The notes under the pieces were generated by a model. That model ran no database searches and had not been told where the DNA came from. It worked only from the letters and a program-made list of their open reading frames with translations. 64,000 nt of DNA, from positions 85,624,001 to 85,688,000 of the forward strand of contig NC_087437.1 in assembly GCF_036321535.1 (NCBI RefSeq), given 5' to 3'. Positions 51,711 to 64,000 of the stretch are shown here, piece by piece (position 1 is the stretch's first letter; every line of letters begins with the position of its first letter). A program made the position numbers and the translations under genes. Origin of the DNA: Camelus dromedarius (taxonomy: Eukaryota).

Positions 51711-53240
51711 GGAGCTCCTATGGACATGACAAGTCACTTTTCTCTTGCTGCTCTCAAGATTCTCTCTTTGACTTTTGACATTTGATAGTTTGATTATAAT
51801 CCGTCTTGGTATGGGCTTCTTTGAGGTCATCCTCATTGGGGCTTCTGAAATTCCTGAATTTGGATGTCAATTTTCATCCTTAGATTTGCAAAAGTTTGGC
51901 CATCATCTCTTCAAGTAAGTTTTCTGTCCCTTTCTCTCTTCTCCTTCTGAAATTCCCATGATGTCATCTTGATGTGTCCGAAAATTCCCTTAGGCATTTT
52001 GCACTTTTCCTTATTTTTTCCCTCTAGTGAACTTTTCAATTGACATTCTCTAGCTGTAGAATTTCTGTTCGGTTATTTTGTTTGTTTGTTTAGTTACTAT
52101 TTCCTTATTATATTACTATTATCATTTTGCTCATGCATTGCTCTCCTGATTTAACTTAGTTCTCTATGTCCTCTTATATATCACTGAGCTTCCTTAAGAC
52201 AATTATTGTAAACACTTGCCAGTTGCTGAATGACTATATATATAATTGATTTCTGGAGATTTATTTGTACCTTTGATTGGGCCATAGTTTTCTATTTCTT
52301 CATCTGTTTCGTAAAAATTTTTTTTTGGTTTAGTTTTATGCATTTTAAAAACAGCTCCCTCTCCTCATTTTTATGGTCTGGCTCTGTTCAGGGGAAGATC
52401 TTTAATAATCAACCTGGCTAGAGGTTTTAGGGATCTCTGAAATTTTGGGGGATGAGTATAACATCTCTGGACTTCTGTGTGTGACTTCCCAATTAGAGGG
52501 GTTTGTCACTTTCTTTTTCAGGAGCTGTAAATTCTTGCCCCCTCCTGCCTGTCTGCAGTACTGTTTTTTCCTCTGGTACCACAGCAGCAAGACACCTGTT
52601 TCTCCTTTGTTCTCAGTGGTCCCTAGGCATATGAAGTATGTAGATTTCTGTCAGCTTTCTGAATTAGGTGAGATAGGTAACGTTCCATGGGAGCCTCTCT
52701 GAAAAGTTGGTATGTTGGATGCACACTTCTTTCTTGTCCTTTCTTCCCAAGGGAGAGTCCATGACTTGCCTGCCTTCTCTCCATTGTGCTCAGCTGTACC
52801 AACCTCAGTCTGTAGCACTGAAGCCCTGCAGCAAGCCACTCCCACTCTCACTCATGTCAGTATTTCCCGGGCATCCAAACTGTGCTGGTTCCTTTAGCAC
52901 TCCAAGTCAGGAGAGACAGAAACCAGTCCCTCAGGTAGCCCTCCAAAAAGCCAGAACACTGACACACGGTACACTCTTCCCTTTCCTCCTTGAGAGAGAA
53001 GCCATGAGTTCAGCTGAGCTGTGCAGGTTTGGAGGAGGAGTGGATTGTACCAAGTGAAACGGCTCTTAACCATTTCAATTCAGCTGTTTCAGAGTCTGCA
53101 TTCACTGGTGTACTATGATTTCTTAACTGATTTCTCGAGTTCTGATAAAGATATTTTGGTCCATATATTGTTGTTTTCTCTGTGGGAGAACAAGGACCGG
53201 GACTTTTTATTTTGCTATGTTGCTGACCTCACTCCCTAAC
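51711..53240 (-). mobile_element. Old L1M ORF1/5'UTR remnant
   Basis: gacaagtcacttttctcttgctgctctcaagattctctctttg... (antisense ORF1), followed by a GC-richer 5'UTR-like segment. Confidence 0.75.
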
Positions 53241-53514
53241 CTAAGATTTCAATTAAAACAAAGTGATTAGAACTTTTTTAAGCTTGAACATTATGGAATA
53301 AAATTTTAGAAAAAATATGCATTTCTCTTACATTTATATTGGCATAGCTACCAACAATTTTATATTGCATAAACTTTGACTAGATTAATTGAAGGAAAAT
53401 GGAAAACAAGTGAATAAAACACCAACCCCAAATGTGATAAAATTTCCTTAAGATAATCTCACTGTTTTTAAAATTCAAAGGAATGAACAGGAGGAGAGTA
53501 GAGAAACAGGGACA

Positions 53515-54126
53515 TGTATTCATTTTTCTTATTACATAACAAATTACCACAAACTTAGTGGCTTGAAACAACACTTGATTTTTTAATCTCTGTGTCTGTG
53601 GGTCAGACATCTAGGCTTGGGTTAGCTGTAACCCTTGCTCAGGGTTTTACTAGGCTGGAATTCAGGTATGTACCTGTGTTACTGTCTCATCAGAGGCTCA
53701 AGAGGAATGATCTGCTTCCGAGTTCCCTCAGGATATTGGCAGAAGTCACCTCTTTGTGGTTGTAGGACTGACGTCCACAGTTTTGTCCTGGCAGTCAGCT
53801 GTAGCTCTTAGAGACTGACCACACTTCCTTTCCATGTAGCTGTCTCTATGGGCAACTCACACTATGATTATTAGCTTCTTCAAGGCTAGCAAGAGAATCT
53901 TTCTCCCCAGGCTGCTAAAATGGAGTATCACATAAAAAAATGCATTAATGGGAGTCATATCTAATTACCTTTGATGTATAATGTAAATTAATCAAGAGAG
54001 TGACAGCCCTCATCTTTGAAATATCGTATGGGTTAGAAGCAAGTCACAGATCTGCCTGCAGTCAAAGGAAGGAGATTGCACAAGGGTATTGCTCATTATG
54101 GGTCACATTAAGGCTTGTCCACCACA
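53515..54126 (-). mobile_element. MaLR solo LTR (MLT1E-like)
   Basis: tgtatt...taacaaattaccacaaacttagtggcttgaaacaacac...gggttagaagcaagtcacag...ccaccaca. Confidence 0.85.
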
Positions 54127-55518
54127 AGATAGCTTAATTGTCAAATATATCAATAATTTATATCCATGACAAGAAAATATTTTGATGTGATTTTAATTAT
54201 TTCTATCAAAATTTTAAAGTTCAAAATTACCTCTTCTGGTAAGATTCTCTCCAGGCCAAGCATTTGGGAAGAAAAACTATTGTTCGACTCCTGAAGTACA
54301 TGAGTGAATAAATCACTATAGGCTGATAAAAATGTATTTGAAATCAGCAGTAGAAATGACTATATTATACCCTAACTAAATCTGATTAGCTTTCCATGCA
54401 TAAATCATGATCATTTGTATATTAAAATGGTCATCTTACCATTTCTATGCCATAGGTAATAAAATCTGGAAGCTGTAAAAATGATTTCAGAAGTTTTCAA
54501 GTCAGCAGGACAAAAACTTGCTGATCTGATTTTTTTTTTGATAAGCCTGGACGCTTTATGATTTATCATTCTCTTATTTGTCTACTAATTCATTAATGAA
54601 GTTTTTTGCTTGAGGCAGAGATTCACTCATTTAGGCCTGGCTATGTAGGTTTCTAAGAAATATGACATCATTGAGGAACTTATATGACAAAAGTTATTTT
54701 CCTTTCCTGCTTTTCCCAAAACAAATGCTCTACACACTAAAATACTTTTAAATACAAGAATCTGAATACTATTTTACAAGGTTTATTCCTCAATAAACTA
54801 AGGTGGTGGGTGGTAAGCCTAATCTTCCATTATGGAAAAGAAATCAACATAGTCATTTAAAGCTTTTTTATCATAACATAATATTTGATAATGCAAAATC
54901 AGTAATATTCATAAAGATGAAATTACTAATTATCAAAACGGAGTGTGTAAATGCAAAAATGAAATAATTACTTCAAAAACAAAAAAGTTACGTTAGGAAA
55001 CTGGCAGTTCAAGGCATCACACCAAAAAATGGATTTGATTTTTGTTAACTTTTTCAGTATTATGTTACATGGACAGAACCTGAGTCGTGGGTTTAATCAT
55101 GATCCTTTCTTTGATTACACAAGAAAAATACATAATTTTCAATAATTTGGAGAGTATTTTTCATTAAAAGTAAATTAAAAGTTAGAATACATGCATAAAT
55201 TATCTTAGTGCTGCTATTCAAATTACCCTAAATTTTGGTCAATGTTAATATATGCTATTCTTAGGCAATAAAGGCCTGTCTTGAATTTTCAAATAAATTA
55301 AGAAATATAAGTTGTATTTCCTTTGTTAGTTAGCATAAATTCATTTTTTAAATTATCTAACTACCTCAGATTTTCTCTCTTTCCCTCTTGTTCATATTAT
55401 TATTAACAAAATAGATTTGAACAATTCACTTACAACATGTGGTTACAGAGGTCCTTTCTGTGGCTATTGATATATATTAGGCACATCAAACAATACAGCA
55501 TTAATCAGATTCTACTGT

Positions 55519-56083
55519 TCTGATAGTTAATTTTATATGTCAACTTGACTTGGGATAAAGGATGCCCACACAGCTGGAAAAACATTATTTCTGTGTGTGT
55601 TTGTGAGGGTGTTTCTGGAAGAGATCAGCATTTAAATTGAGTAAAGATTGTCCTCATTAAAGTCAGTGGGCATAATCCAATTTATTCATAATCCAATTCA
55701 CCCAACTAGAACAAAAAAGTAGAGGAGGGGTGAGTCTGTTCTCTGTCTGAGCTGGACCATCCATCTTCTCCCATCCTTGGACATTTGTGTTCCTGTTTTC
55801 CAGGCCTTTGGACACGGACATGACTTATGCCATCTCCCTACTCCTCCTCCTCCTTCATTCCCAAGCCTTTAGACTTGCGCTGGCTCATACACATTAGCAG
55901 CCCTGATGCTCAGACCTTCAAACATGGGCAGAATTAAATCACCGTTTTTCCTGATTCTCCACCTTGCACACGTCAGACTGTGGGACTTCAAAGCCTCCAT
56001 AATTGCATGAGTCAGTTCCTATAATAGATCCCTTCAGTGTGTATATTACAACTGATTTTGTCTTCTAGACAACTCTAACACAA
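55519..56083 (+). mobile_element. ERVL solo LTR (MLT2-like)
   Basis: tgatagttaattttatatgtcaacttgac...gtgagggtgtttctggaagagatcagcattt...gcctccataattgcatgagtcagttcc. Confidence 0.85.
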
Positions 56084-56129
56084 CACAACTGACAAGCATC
56101 TTCATTGGAATAACTTCCATTTGTGGCGT

Positions 56130-56520
56130 TCTCATAGTGGATATTTTTGGTTAACTGTTCAGCATTTATTTCCCCTTCTCCTTTTCTGGCTAACAATAGA
56201 TGCTCAGTTTTGCTCAGATGTCTACCACTGTCCAACACAGCTCATGGAGCAGTAGTGGCTGATTCAGCTTTTAGCTCCAACAGTCAGCCTATATCTCAGA
56301 GTCATGCCAAGCCCCTTCGTAATGATTATTCAGGATCTGGTACCTGATACAATTGAGACTGGTGAAAAATATTCTTAGCTGTTGTCTCTAGAAATTTCTT
56401 TTATTCCTTCTGAGAAACCATCTGGAGGCATTCCACTTTTTCTGTTTCTGATACTATTGTACAAGATTTGAGGCCTAGACATCCTGCAGGCATCTTGGTT
56501 CCAGCCCAGCTCTAAAGAGA
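56130..56520 (+). mobile_element. Old MaLR/ERVL LTR fragment
   Basis: tttccccttctccttttctggctaaca...gcaggcatcttgg; resemblance by eye. Confidence 0.4.
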
Positions 56521-56785
56521 TTTACTTTGAGATCTTTGAGAATAAATGGAATGTTCTGTAGTGGCCCCTTCGCCTAGGCTTCTAATGACTGGAGCAAGTA
56601 GAAAGTGTTAATATTTAAGCCCCTCTAGGCATTTGTTTGTTTAATATTCACAGTCGCAAGCATCTTTTATCTGTATTTTCCCTGATAATTTTCCCTCTGC
56701 TACTTTTAACACAATAGGATCTATTATAATTTATCAATAACCTCAGCAAAAATAAAGCCACATATTTATATTTGATGTTGCATGT

Positions 56786-56808
56786 CACACACACACACAC
56801 ACACACAC
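56786..56808. repeat. (CA)n microsatellite
   Basis: Directly visible. Confidence 0.9.
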
Positions 56809-57272
56809 TTATACACACTATTTTCTTTTTCATCACTATTTCTTATAGCAGTTGTCAGTATGAAAGACACCTCTTCCACATAGCACTTATGATGAAGAGG
56901 AAAAGGAAAGAAAAATATTGTTTATAGGAATGGTACCAGTTCAACTGGCAGTAAAACATAAAGGGATGTGAGGAATGCACAAAGTAGAACATGATCCACA
57001 TGATTTGCAATTCTGTTCCAAACATCATATGAACTAGTCACATCTCAGAGTGAGTTTCCCCACAGTGAAATCTAAAACTAAAACATTCTGGAGAATTTAG
57101 CTTAAAAAATATTACTTAAATTATCTAATTAAACAAACTGAAGATTTGGAGTATTATCCTGATTATTTAAATAACCACAACTTTTTCTTTTTCTTTTTTG
57201 CTATCTTCACATGAAAATTGGTTTAATTAGGACACACACACAAACACAGACATGATCTTTGGTAAAAATCAT

Positions 57273-57741
57273 TGTAGTAGCAGGTTCTAATCTTTAGAAC
57301 CTGTGAGTGTTACCTTATACGGCAAAAAGACTTCACAGATGTGGTTTAGTTAAGGATCTTGAGATGGACATACTACCCCAGATTATTTGAGTAAGCCCTA
57401 AGTGTAATCACAAATGGCTTTATTAGAGGGAGGCAGAGGGAAAGTTAAATACAGAAGAGAAAGTAGGAGATGTGATCATGAAAGAAAGAGGCTGAAGTTA
57501 CTGGAAGAAGAAGCCATGAATTGAGGAATGCTGGTGGCCATCAGAAGGTAGAAAAGGCAAAGAAACAAGATTCTCCCCTCAGCCTCCAAAAGGAGCCTGC
57601 CCTGCCGATGCTGACTTTGGCCCAGAAAAACTGATTTTGGATTTCTAGCCTCCAAAACTGTACAAAAATAAATTTGTGTTTAAATAAGTTACCAAATAAA
57701 TTTGTTATAATTTGTTATAGCAGCTACAGAAAACTAATACA
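57273..57741 (+). mobile_element. MaLR solo LTR (MLT1C-like)
   Basis: gaacctgtgagtgttaccttatacggcaaaaagacttcacagatgtg...tttgttatagcagctacagaaaactaataca. Confidence 0.88.
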
Positions 57742-58849
57742 GTCATCCAAGCTTTTCTCCTTAAGGTAATAAATAAACCAATTTGCCTGAATTCTTTAAA
57801 GGGGAAAGAAAAGTCATGTGCAACTGTAAGGAAAACTAATAAAGAGATACTGCAAAGGCAAGAAACTTAGAGGCATTAGAGAAAGCTCACCAAGTGGTCT
57901 ATTATTTTATTTTTATGTTTCCTATTTTCTTGTAGAATCCCTCATCTTAGTCTTAGACATGCATCCTATCTTTCTAAACCTTCTTTTCATAGTCCATTCT
58001 TCTCTCAGTCTTGAGTCTTTCTCCAGGTTTCACACTACTGGAATCATTGGCCACAATCTACCCACTAACTATTGAACAGAATCTGCCTGCTTAAGGCTTG
58101 GTCTATGTTTATTTTAATGGAACACATACGTTTGCTTGGCTGTCTTAATCATTACTATTTTTTGCCATATAGAGAAAATGAAAATGCAACTGACACAACC
58201 TTAGGTTATCGCAAATTTACACTTTGAAAATCTGGCTGAGAGACTGTTAAACAATCCTGATGTGAAGCGCCAAGGGGCCCTGTAGAGACACTCCTGTACC
58301 CAAAGCACTGCAGAGAGATGGGGGACGGCAGCTCTCACTCACCTCTTCCCACCAGGCAAACACTCTGCTTTTGTTTGTTGTACACATTGGTCTTAATACT
58401 CACAATGTCATTTTTGTAAAGAGTTCTTCAGCTCACAAAGTTTGAAATAATATGTTAGGTTGAAGCCAGCAGTCTCTTGAATAATATTCAGAAGAAACCA
58501 CTATATTATTTGGGCTGTATTATGTAAGGGTATATTCTTAACTTAAAATAAAAACACTGTTGTTAAAGATATTATTTCTTGCTTAATTGCATTTAACTTC
58601 ATGAAAAAAAGCAGCCTGGATCCACCTTCTACCAAACAAGAAGAGAAGGAAAAAAAAAAGTACATTTCTTCCTTTTCTGCATAGATCATATTCCACTCTA
58701 AGGCCAAATTGACAGCCACCTGAGACAATCTGTTACGCCATCTCTCCCTTACCATTTTGCCTCCTGAGCCGTTGTGCTCGCTCTCTGTTTGGTGACTCAC
58801 AACTTCAGGGCTGCAAACAAATTTGCTCGTAGCATGGTTTGAGGCAATG

Positions 58850-59055
58850 AGGTGTCATGCTTAGAAGGGGGATATGGACTTTAGACAAAAATGGGTTTTA
58901 TTTCAATTGTCTGACCTTGAGCAACTTTTGAAAATATCTTTATGCCTCAATTCCCTTATCTGTAAACAGGGGAATCATTCCTGTGTTTCCAGGTTTTGTG
59001 TACAGTACTTGTTTAGCACCAAGTTAAGTGTTGCGTAAATTACAGCTGTTATTAC
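58850..59055 (+). mobile_element. MIR SINE
   Basis: ggactttagacaaaaatgggtt...tgaccttgagcaac...gcctcaattcccttatctgtaaacagggg...cgtaaattacagctgttattac. Confidence 0.65.
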
Positions 59056-62000
59056 TCAGCTACACAATAACAAATATTCAGCTGTTTTGTTTGTTTGGGG
59101 CTTAGAAATAACACGCCTGTAGTTTTTTGCAACAAGTTGCTTGTTTTTTCAAAACATGCATTGTATTTTTTGAGGGAATAACTGGAAGATGGTGTTTGTT
59201 TTAAAAATCTTTTTTTAAAAACGGCCTGAAGCAAATGCACTTTTGGATATGCTATGAAAATTATAGAATGAATCCAACTATTCAAATGTAACTAATTTTC
59301 TACTTTTGCAATAAAATCTAGAGCCAAATGGGAAGGACAGACAGGAGTAAGTACCAGAGACACAGTTTTTAAGAGACTGTTAGGAATATGTTTTAAATTG
59401 CCTTAAACCTTAATGTTTTTTTGAAGTTGGAATGGAAAAGTTTGTGTTAATTCAAAATGCAAGCATCATATTAATTGGTAGCTTCAGGTTAGGAAAGAAC
59501 GCAGTAAGTTACTCTATTTTCTTCAGAAACCTTAAAAGAGAATTTTAAAATCACTTAAAGTAGCATCAGCAGTGACTTGTTTTATTACCAATCCTATTCC
59601 GCTCTCATTTTGACTACCTTACTAAAGTCTGCATCTGTAATCTTACCTCCTTCCTTCCAAATAATGACTGTACCATAATGGGTTATTAATTTTAATTAAA
59701 CCCACTGGGCTAAATTTTGCTGTTGAGAACTTATCCTGAACTTCTTTAGTAAACACAGATAATCTTACCTGAACATATGAGAGCAGAATTTGGCCCTTTG
59801 TGATTAGAGAGTTATAAATTAGCAGTTTTAAAGAAGTGTTGGGTCAAATTTTTTTTCCTTTTGGTCAAATATTTTCTCTATAATACTTGGTTTTCTTAAT
59901 TATTTCAGATTCAACTTTACAACCTAAAAATTTAACTAGATGCCACAAATCTCTAAAACCAAAAGTATTTTTGCTTTGTCCTGAATTTGTCACTTTGCCT
60001 GGGCAGAGCAGCCACACTAATCTGGAATGACAAACGTTTTCCTTTGTTTTTGTTATACAGAGAAACAATACACAATGTTTATTAAATTCCAAGTATTAGA
60101 TACAATATATAAAAGATACAAAGGCTTGTCATTAATGAACAGTGTCAAGTGAGAAATATCTAGTAAAAGAAAAATTATACTCTCAAAAGGCTATATATGT
60201 GGTATAATTTTAGAGCATTAAAAAAGGAATCATCCTATGTGCAATACAAAATACCTGGCAGATTTTGATTTAGCACCAAAAAAATTCTACCATAAAAAAG
60301 GTTTTCTGAGAAGATGGAGTTATAAAAGCTTTATACTTTGAAAAATTATTTGCTAAATGTTATTTAGCAAATTTAATTCAATAAAAATATTAAACACTAT
60401 TGTAATCATCAATCTCTAAGCTAGTTTATCTGATCATTCTCAAGTGACAGATGAAAGGGAGATGACTGGAGGGGATCCCACAGATGATTAAATTAAGAGT
60501 TGGGTATCATCAATGGTAAACATCATCAGCTTAGATGAACACTCCTAAAACACTTCTATTTATTCAAAATAAACATATCTCTTAAAAGGAGAAAAAGCAT
60601 AAAATATCGAATTTTGGAGCAAATCCAGTCAGAAAAACATTATAGCCTCTAAATACACACTTAAAACATGCTAGTACTAAAGAAATTACACTGGATATTG
60701 GCTGACATAATAATTAAAAAATCATTATTTTCACAAGTACTCTATAAGTTCCTAGTCTAAACAGATCACTCTGGCCCTTCTAAGAAAGAAAAGAAAGAAA
60801 TAAATCATCCCATTAATTTTGAAAAAAAAATTCACAGAGGAAAAAATATTCCTCATATTGAGCAGCTATATTGAGACTGAAATGGACATATTCCTCAGGC
60901 TAGTGTTTGTATCCTAACTCTGTGAAGACACATTATTCACTCATGATTTATTAAAGCACTACTTCTGCACAAGATGAGATTACTACATAGAGAAGTACCA
61001 AAATACTATCTCCCGACCAGTATGAAAATGCCCCTGGAGCAAGGCAGGCAGGGACTGGCTACCTGACATCAGAGAACATGTACCAAACTGTAAGTCAGGA
61101 GCTCGTATACTAATCCAGCTGCAGAGAGGACATCAGAGAATCCCACCTCCATAGGGTGGAGCAAATGCAATAATTCTAAAGCAAAATGTTTCTGTCTTCA
61201 GCGAGTTTTCCAGCTACACTCAGTAATTTGTCTACAAACTGAATTTAATCATTCTTATGTAAATTACAGCTATTTGTACATACCCTGAAAGGGAAAAATA
61301 TGTTCTGTTTTAATGTTATCAAAACCAGTTTGTGGATGCTGTTCATTACAGGTGCAGATTACAAAGGTAATTTTGTTTGTGGACCAAAAGGAGAAAACAT
61401 TAAGAAAGAATTTCAACCTCTCCGGATGATCCTAAAATTAAAGGTTTACACTGTCCCAATTATCAATGGTGTTCTCTCCAGAGGGAGGGCAGGAACCTAA
61501 AGAAGGCAGAGCCGAAAGATGAACGGTACAGAATGCCACCAAAGCCTGAATAAAAAGGGAGAGATAGCCACCAAATATCAATAGACTTTATCTACAAAGG
61601 ATCTACACATCACCCCATGTCTCTGGCAAATTTGAGAGGATAACTTTGAAGAACAATACTTGTGTGAAGAAACTTCAAACAAGTGAGAACTTCCCAGCTA
61701 TCCTTTTATTTTATATAATGCATGTGCACCACAGGATCTTCAAGTCTCTTTCCACTCAAAACATGTATTTAAAGATTTTTTTTTAATTAGTCAAGGGAGG
61801 AGTCACAGCTTGCACCAACATCTCCTCATTTGTAGCCCCAGTGGCCTTACCCTGCTCAGTCTTGAAATCTGAGTATCTCAGAGAGACAGAGACATATACA
61901 TACAGCTGTAATGCTGTAAGGTAGGACATCATTTTTATTGTTCAATATTCACTAGGGGAGCAGGGTTTTATTTTCACTGGACCGTTCAGAATGACCAGTT

Positions 62001-64000
62001 AAGAAAATATTTATCCATTCCCTATTTATTCTGATGATAATTTAGTTGGAAAAAAATAGATTGTATTAGGTCCTCTGTTCCAACTACCTTGAAGTCACCA
62101 ATACAGTGAATTAGATGATTAATCAAACACTGAACTCTCCGGCATCTATGACTCAAAGAACTAAAATCAAATGCACCCTAAAAATGATATCCTCTTCTTG
62201 CTGGCTATTTTAAATTAAGGAGCTTGAAGCATTTTCCACAGCAATAGTCAAAACACCCTCGCACCTCCCCCACTATCTTCTCCTTATAACCTGTTAAAAT
62301 AACACTGTCTGCAATTACGGCATCATTTGTTATGCATGATATAATAGACCGCAGATATAAAGAGGTATTATCATTACTTTTGTCCTTTGTTCTTTCAGGC
62401 CAGAATATTGCATACTTCTTTACTTTGACATTTATTGCTTTTAGATTGGTAATAGAATGGTTTGTGTTGCTCATTATCTTGAATGATGATAATATTAGAG
62501 GTTGGGGAGTCTGTGTTCTCTGGTAAGTAAAGACTTTGTATAATTTAACAAAGGTTATTACTGGACAATTACCCAGAATACACTTCAAGTCTAATAAAGT
62601 TTAGTCATATCCAGGCTTAAAGAGACTATTTACTATGGTTTCTAGGAAATTGGATCAGGTAGTGTTCGTATATATGTTTTGCTGCTGCTTTTCACAAGTT
62701 CACCCTGACTGTTTCATGGGTAAAAATTATAGTAACATAATTTGCCTGTATGGTAGATGAAATAAAATGCAAAATTATTAGGTTCTGAATTATGAAGTTT
62801 TATCTCATTCAGTAAAAATATATACATACACATATATAGCTAAATTTTAGTCTCTTACAGAACTGGAAACCAGTGTCCTACTCTATCCTGACATTGTTCT
62901 GTGTGAGGCAGCCCCAAGTCCTTTAATAGCTATAACCAAACATTCTGCAAAGTTCAAATGAAAAAGAAAAGACTTCAGCCAGAAAGAAAGGTAATTTTTC
63001 TACAGGGAGCTCGACTGGTCATGTCTGTCAAAAAAGGTATGTTTCTATATAGCATAGATAAATAATATAAGGAGAAAAGAAAAAAAAAGAAGATAAATTT
63101 CTGATTCTTAAAGAAACTAATCAGTAACCTCACTATCAGGGATTCAGGAGAAAACACTGATTTGAAAAGTGACTCATATTAAAATATGCTGACCAGGAGT
63201 CTGGCACGGGGCTAGTCACCTGTTTTTTAATAGCCAAATGTGTTCAAGAAGGGCACAATATTTCCATAGATCTGACCTGATATTACTATTTATTTAGTAA
63301 GTCAGAAGACAGTTTAAAAGTGGATTCCATTTTAGTCTAGTAGGAGTATGAAGAGCTTGGAGAAATGTCAGGCCCAAACTTCTGGAAACAAGGAAGGCAC
63401 ACGTGACGACCCTTACCACACTAGGACTCATGGACCAAAGTTGTCAAGAGAAATAAATTTTCAATCATTGATAAGCCAAAGATCTCATTATTATTTGTAA
63501 ATGATCATATTCTTTCAGTAGAACGTTACCCATTTGGTATATTTATTAATTTATAGATATTTAATTTAAATTACTATTTCTAGTTCACTGATAAAATGTG
63601 GAATTGTTTCATCAAAAATTACATGTCTGTCAAGCAAATTTTGAACAGCTAAGCTTATGATTTTCCTTCCTTATGCAATGCCACAACAACTGAGATTTAA
63701 TGTACCAAAACCTATGTGTGTGGGAGATTTTGTGCAATAGTAGCAGGACTTAATTACTATTGAGCAAAAATATTTAAGACACACTAAAGGAAAAAGTTGT
63801 GTATTGATTCAAGTTAAGTCGCATGCCATCTGGGTCACCGTGCCTTGTTCACTGTGCATTCAACCAATGTAAATAGAAAACCTTTTTTATGGTGTAACTC
63901 CATAGCAGATGTCTTGTGAAGCACCATGCTAATGGAAAATGCTCTGGAAATTGAACAGTATGATATATCTGAGGGTAGTTTAGATAATTCAGGTGAAAGA

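Noticed and set aside
60348..60372. Perfect 11-bp inverted repeat atttgctaaat-gtt-atttagcaaat
   Set aside because: AT-rich and isolated; plausible by chance or local strand slippage, with no supporting context.
597..63157. The many 60-150 aa ORFs in the track (e.g. 9099-9548, 27730-28179, 32088-32468, 62205-62588)
   Set aside because: Compositionally biased, often with non-ATG starts or inside repeats, and no recognisable domains; expected noise in AT-rich mammalian DNA.
1..64000. CRISPR arrays, operons, rRNA or tRNA genes
   Set aside because: No repeat-spacer arrays or RNA-gene signatures seen; the sequence is eukaryotic intergenic or intronic DNA.

Overview
AT-rich, gene-poor mammalian (eutherian) DNA. 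The young LINE-1 copies look cetartiodactyl, possibly camelid; that is an inference from L1 style. I recognise no host protein-coding gene. Most of the window is transposable-element debris: young and old L1, L2, MIR, MaLR/ERVL/ERV1 LTRs and Tigger/hAT DNA elements. The most unusual feature is a degraded minus-strand region of about 2.7 kb (~15310-18040). Manual translation yields a colinear series of motifs resembling the L protein (RNA-dependent RNA polymerase) of non-segmented negative-strand RNA viruses (Mononegavirales): GHP, (W)P, KxRxxK..GRxFxK, a reconstructed DLEKYC, ETWV..VYS, LK..FSE and SLGxL..YxRxxDxxTxG. It is therefore a candidate endogenous non-retroviral viral element, and its motifs do not look typically bornaviral. 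Next to it is a TSD-flanked 1.9 kb L1 derivative with an intact ORF1 but almost no ORF2 (half-L1-like). Repeat family names come from recognition by eye, and boundaries of old repeats are approximate.
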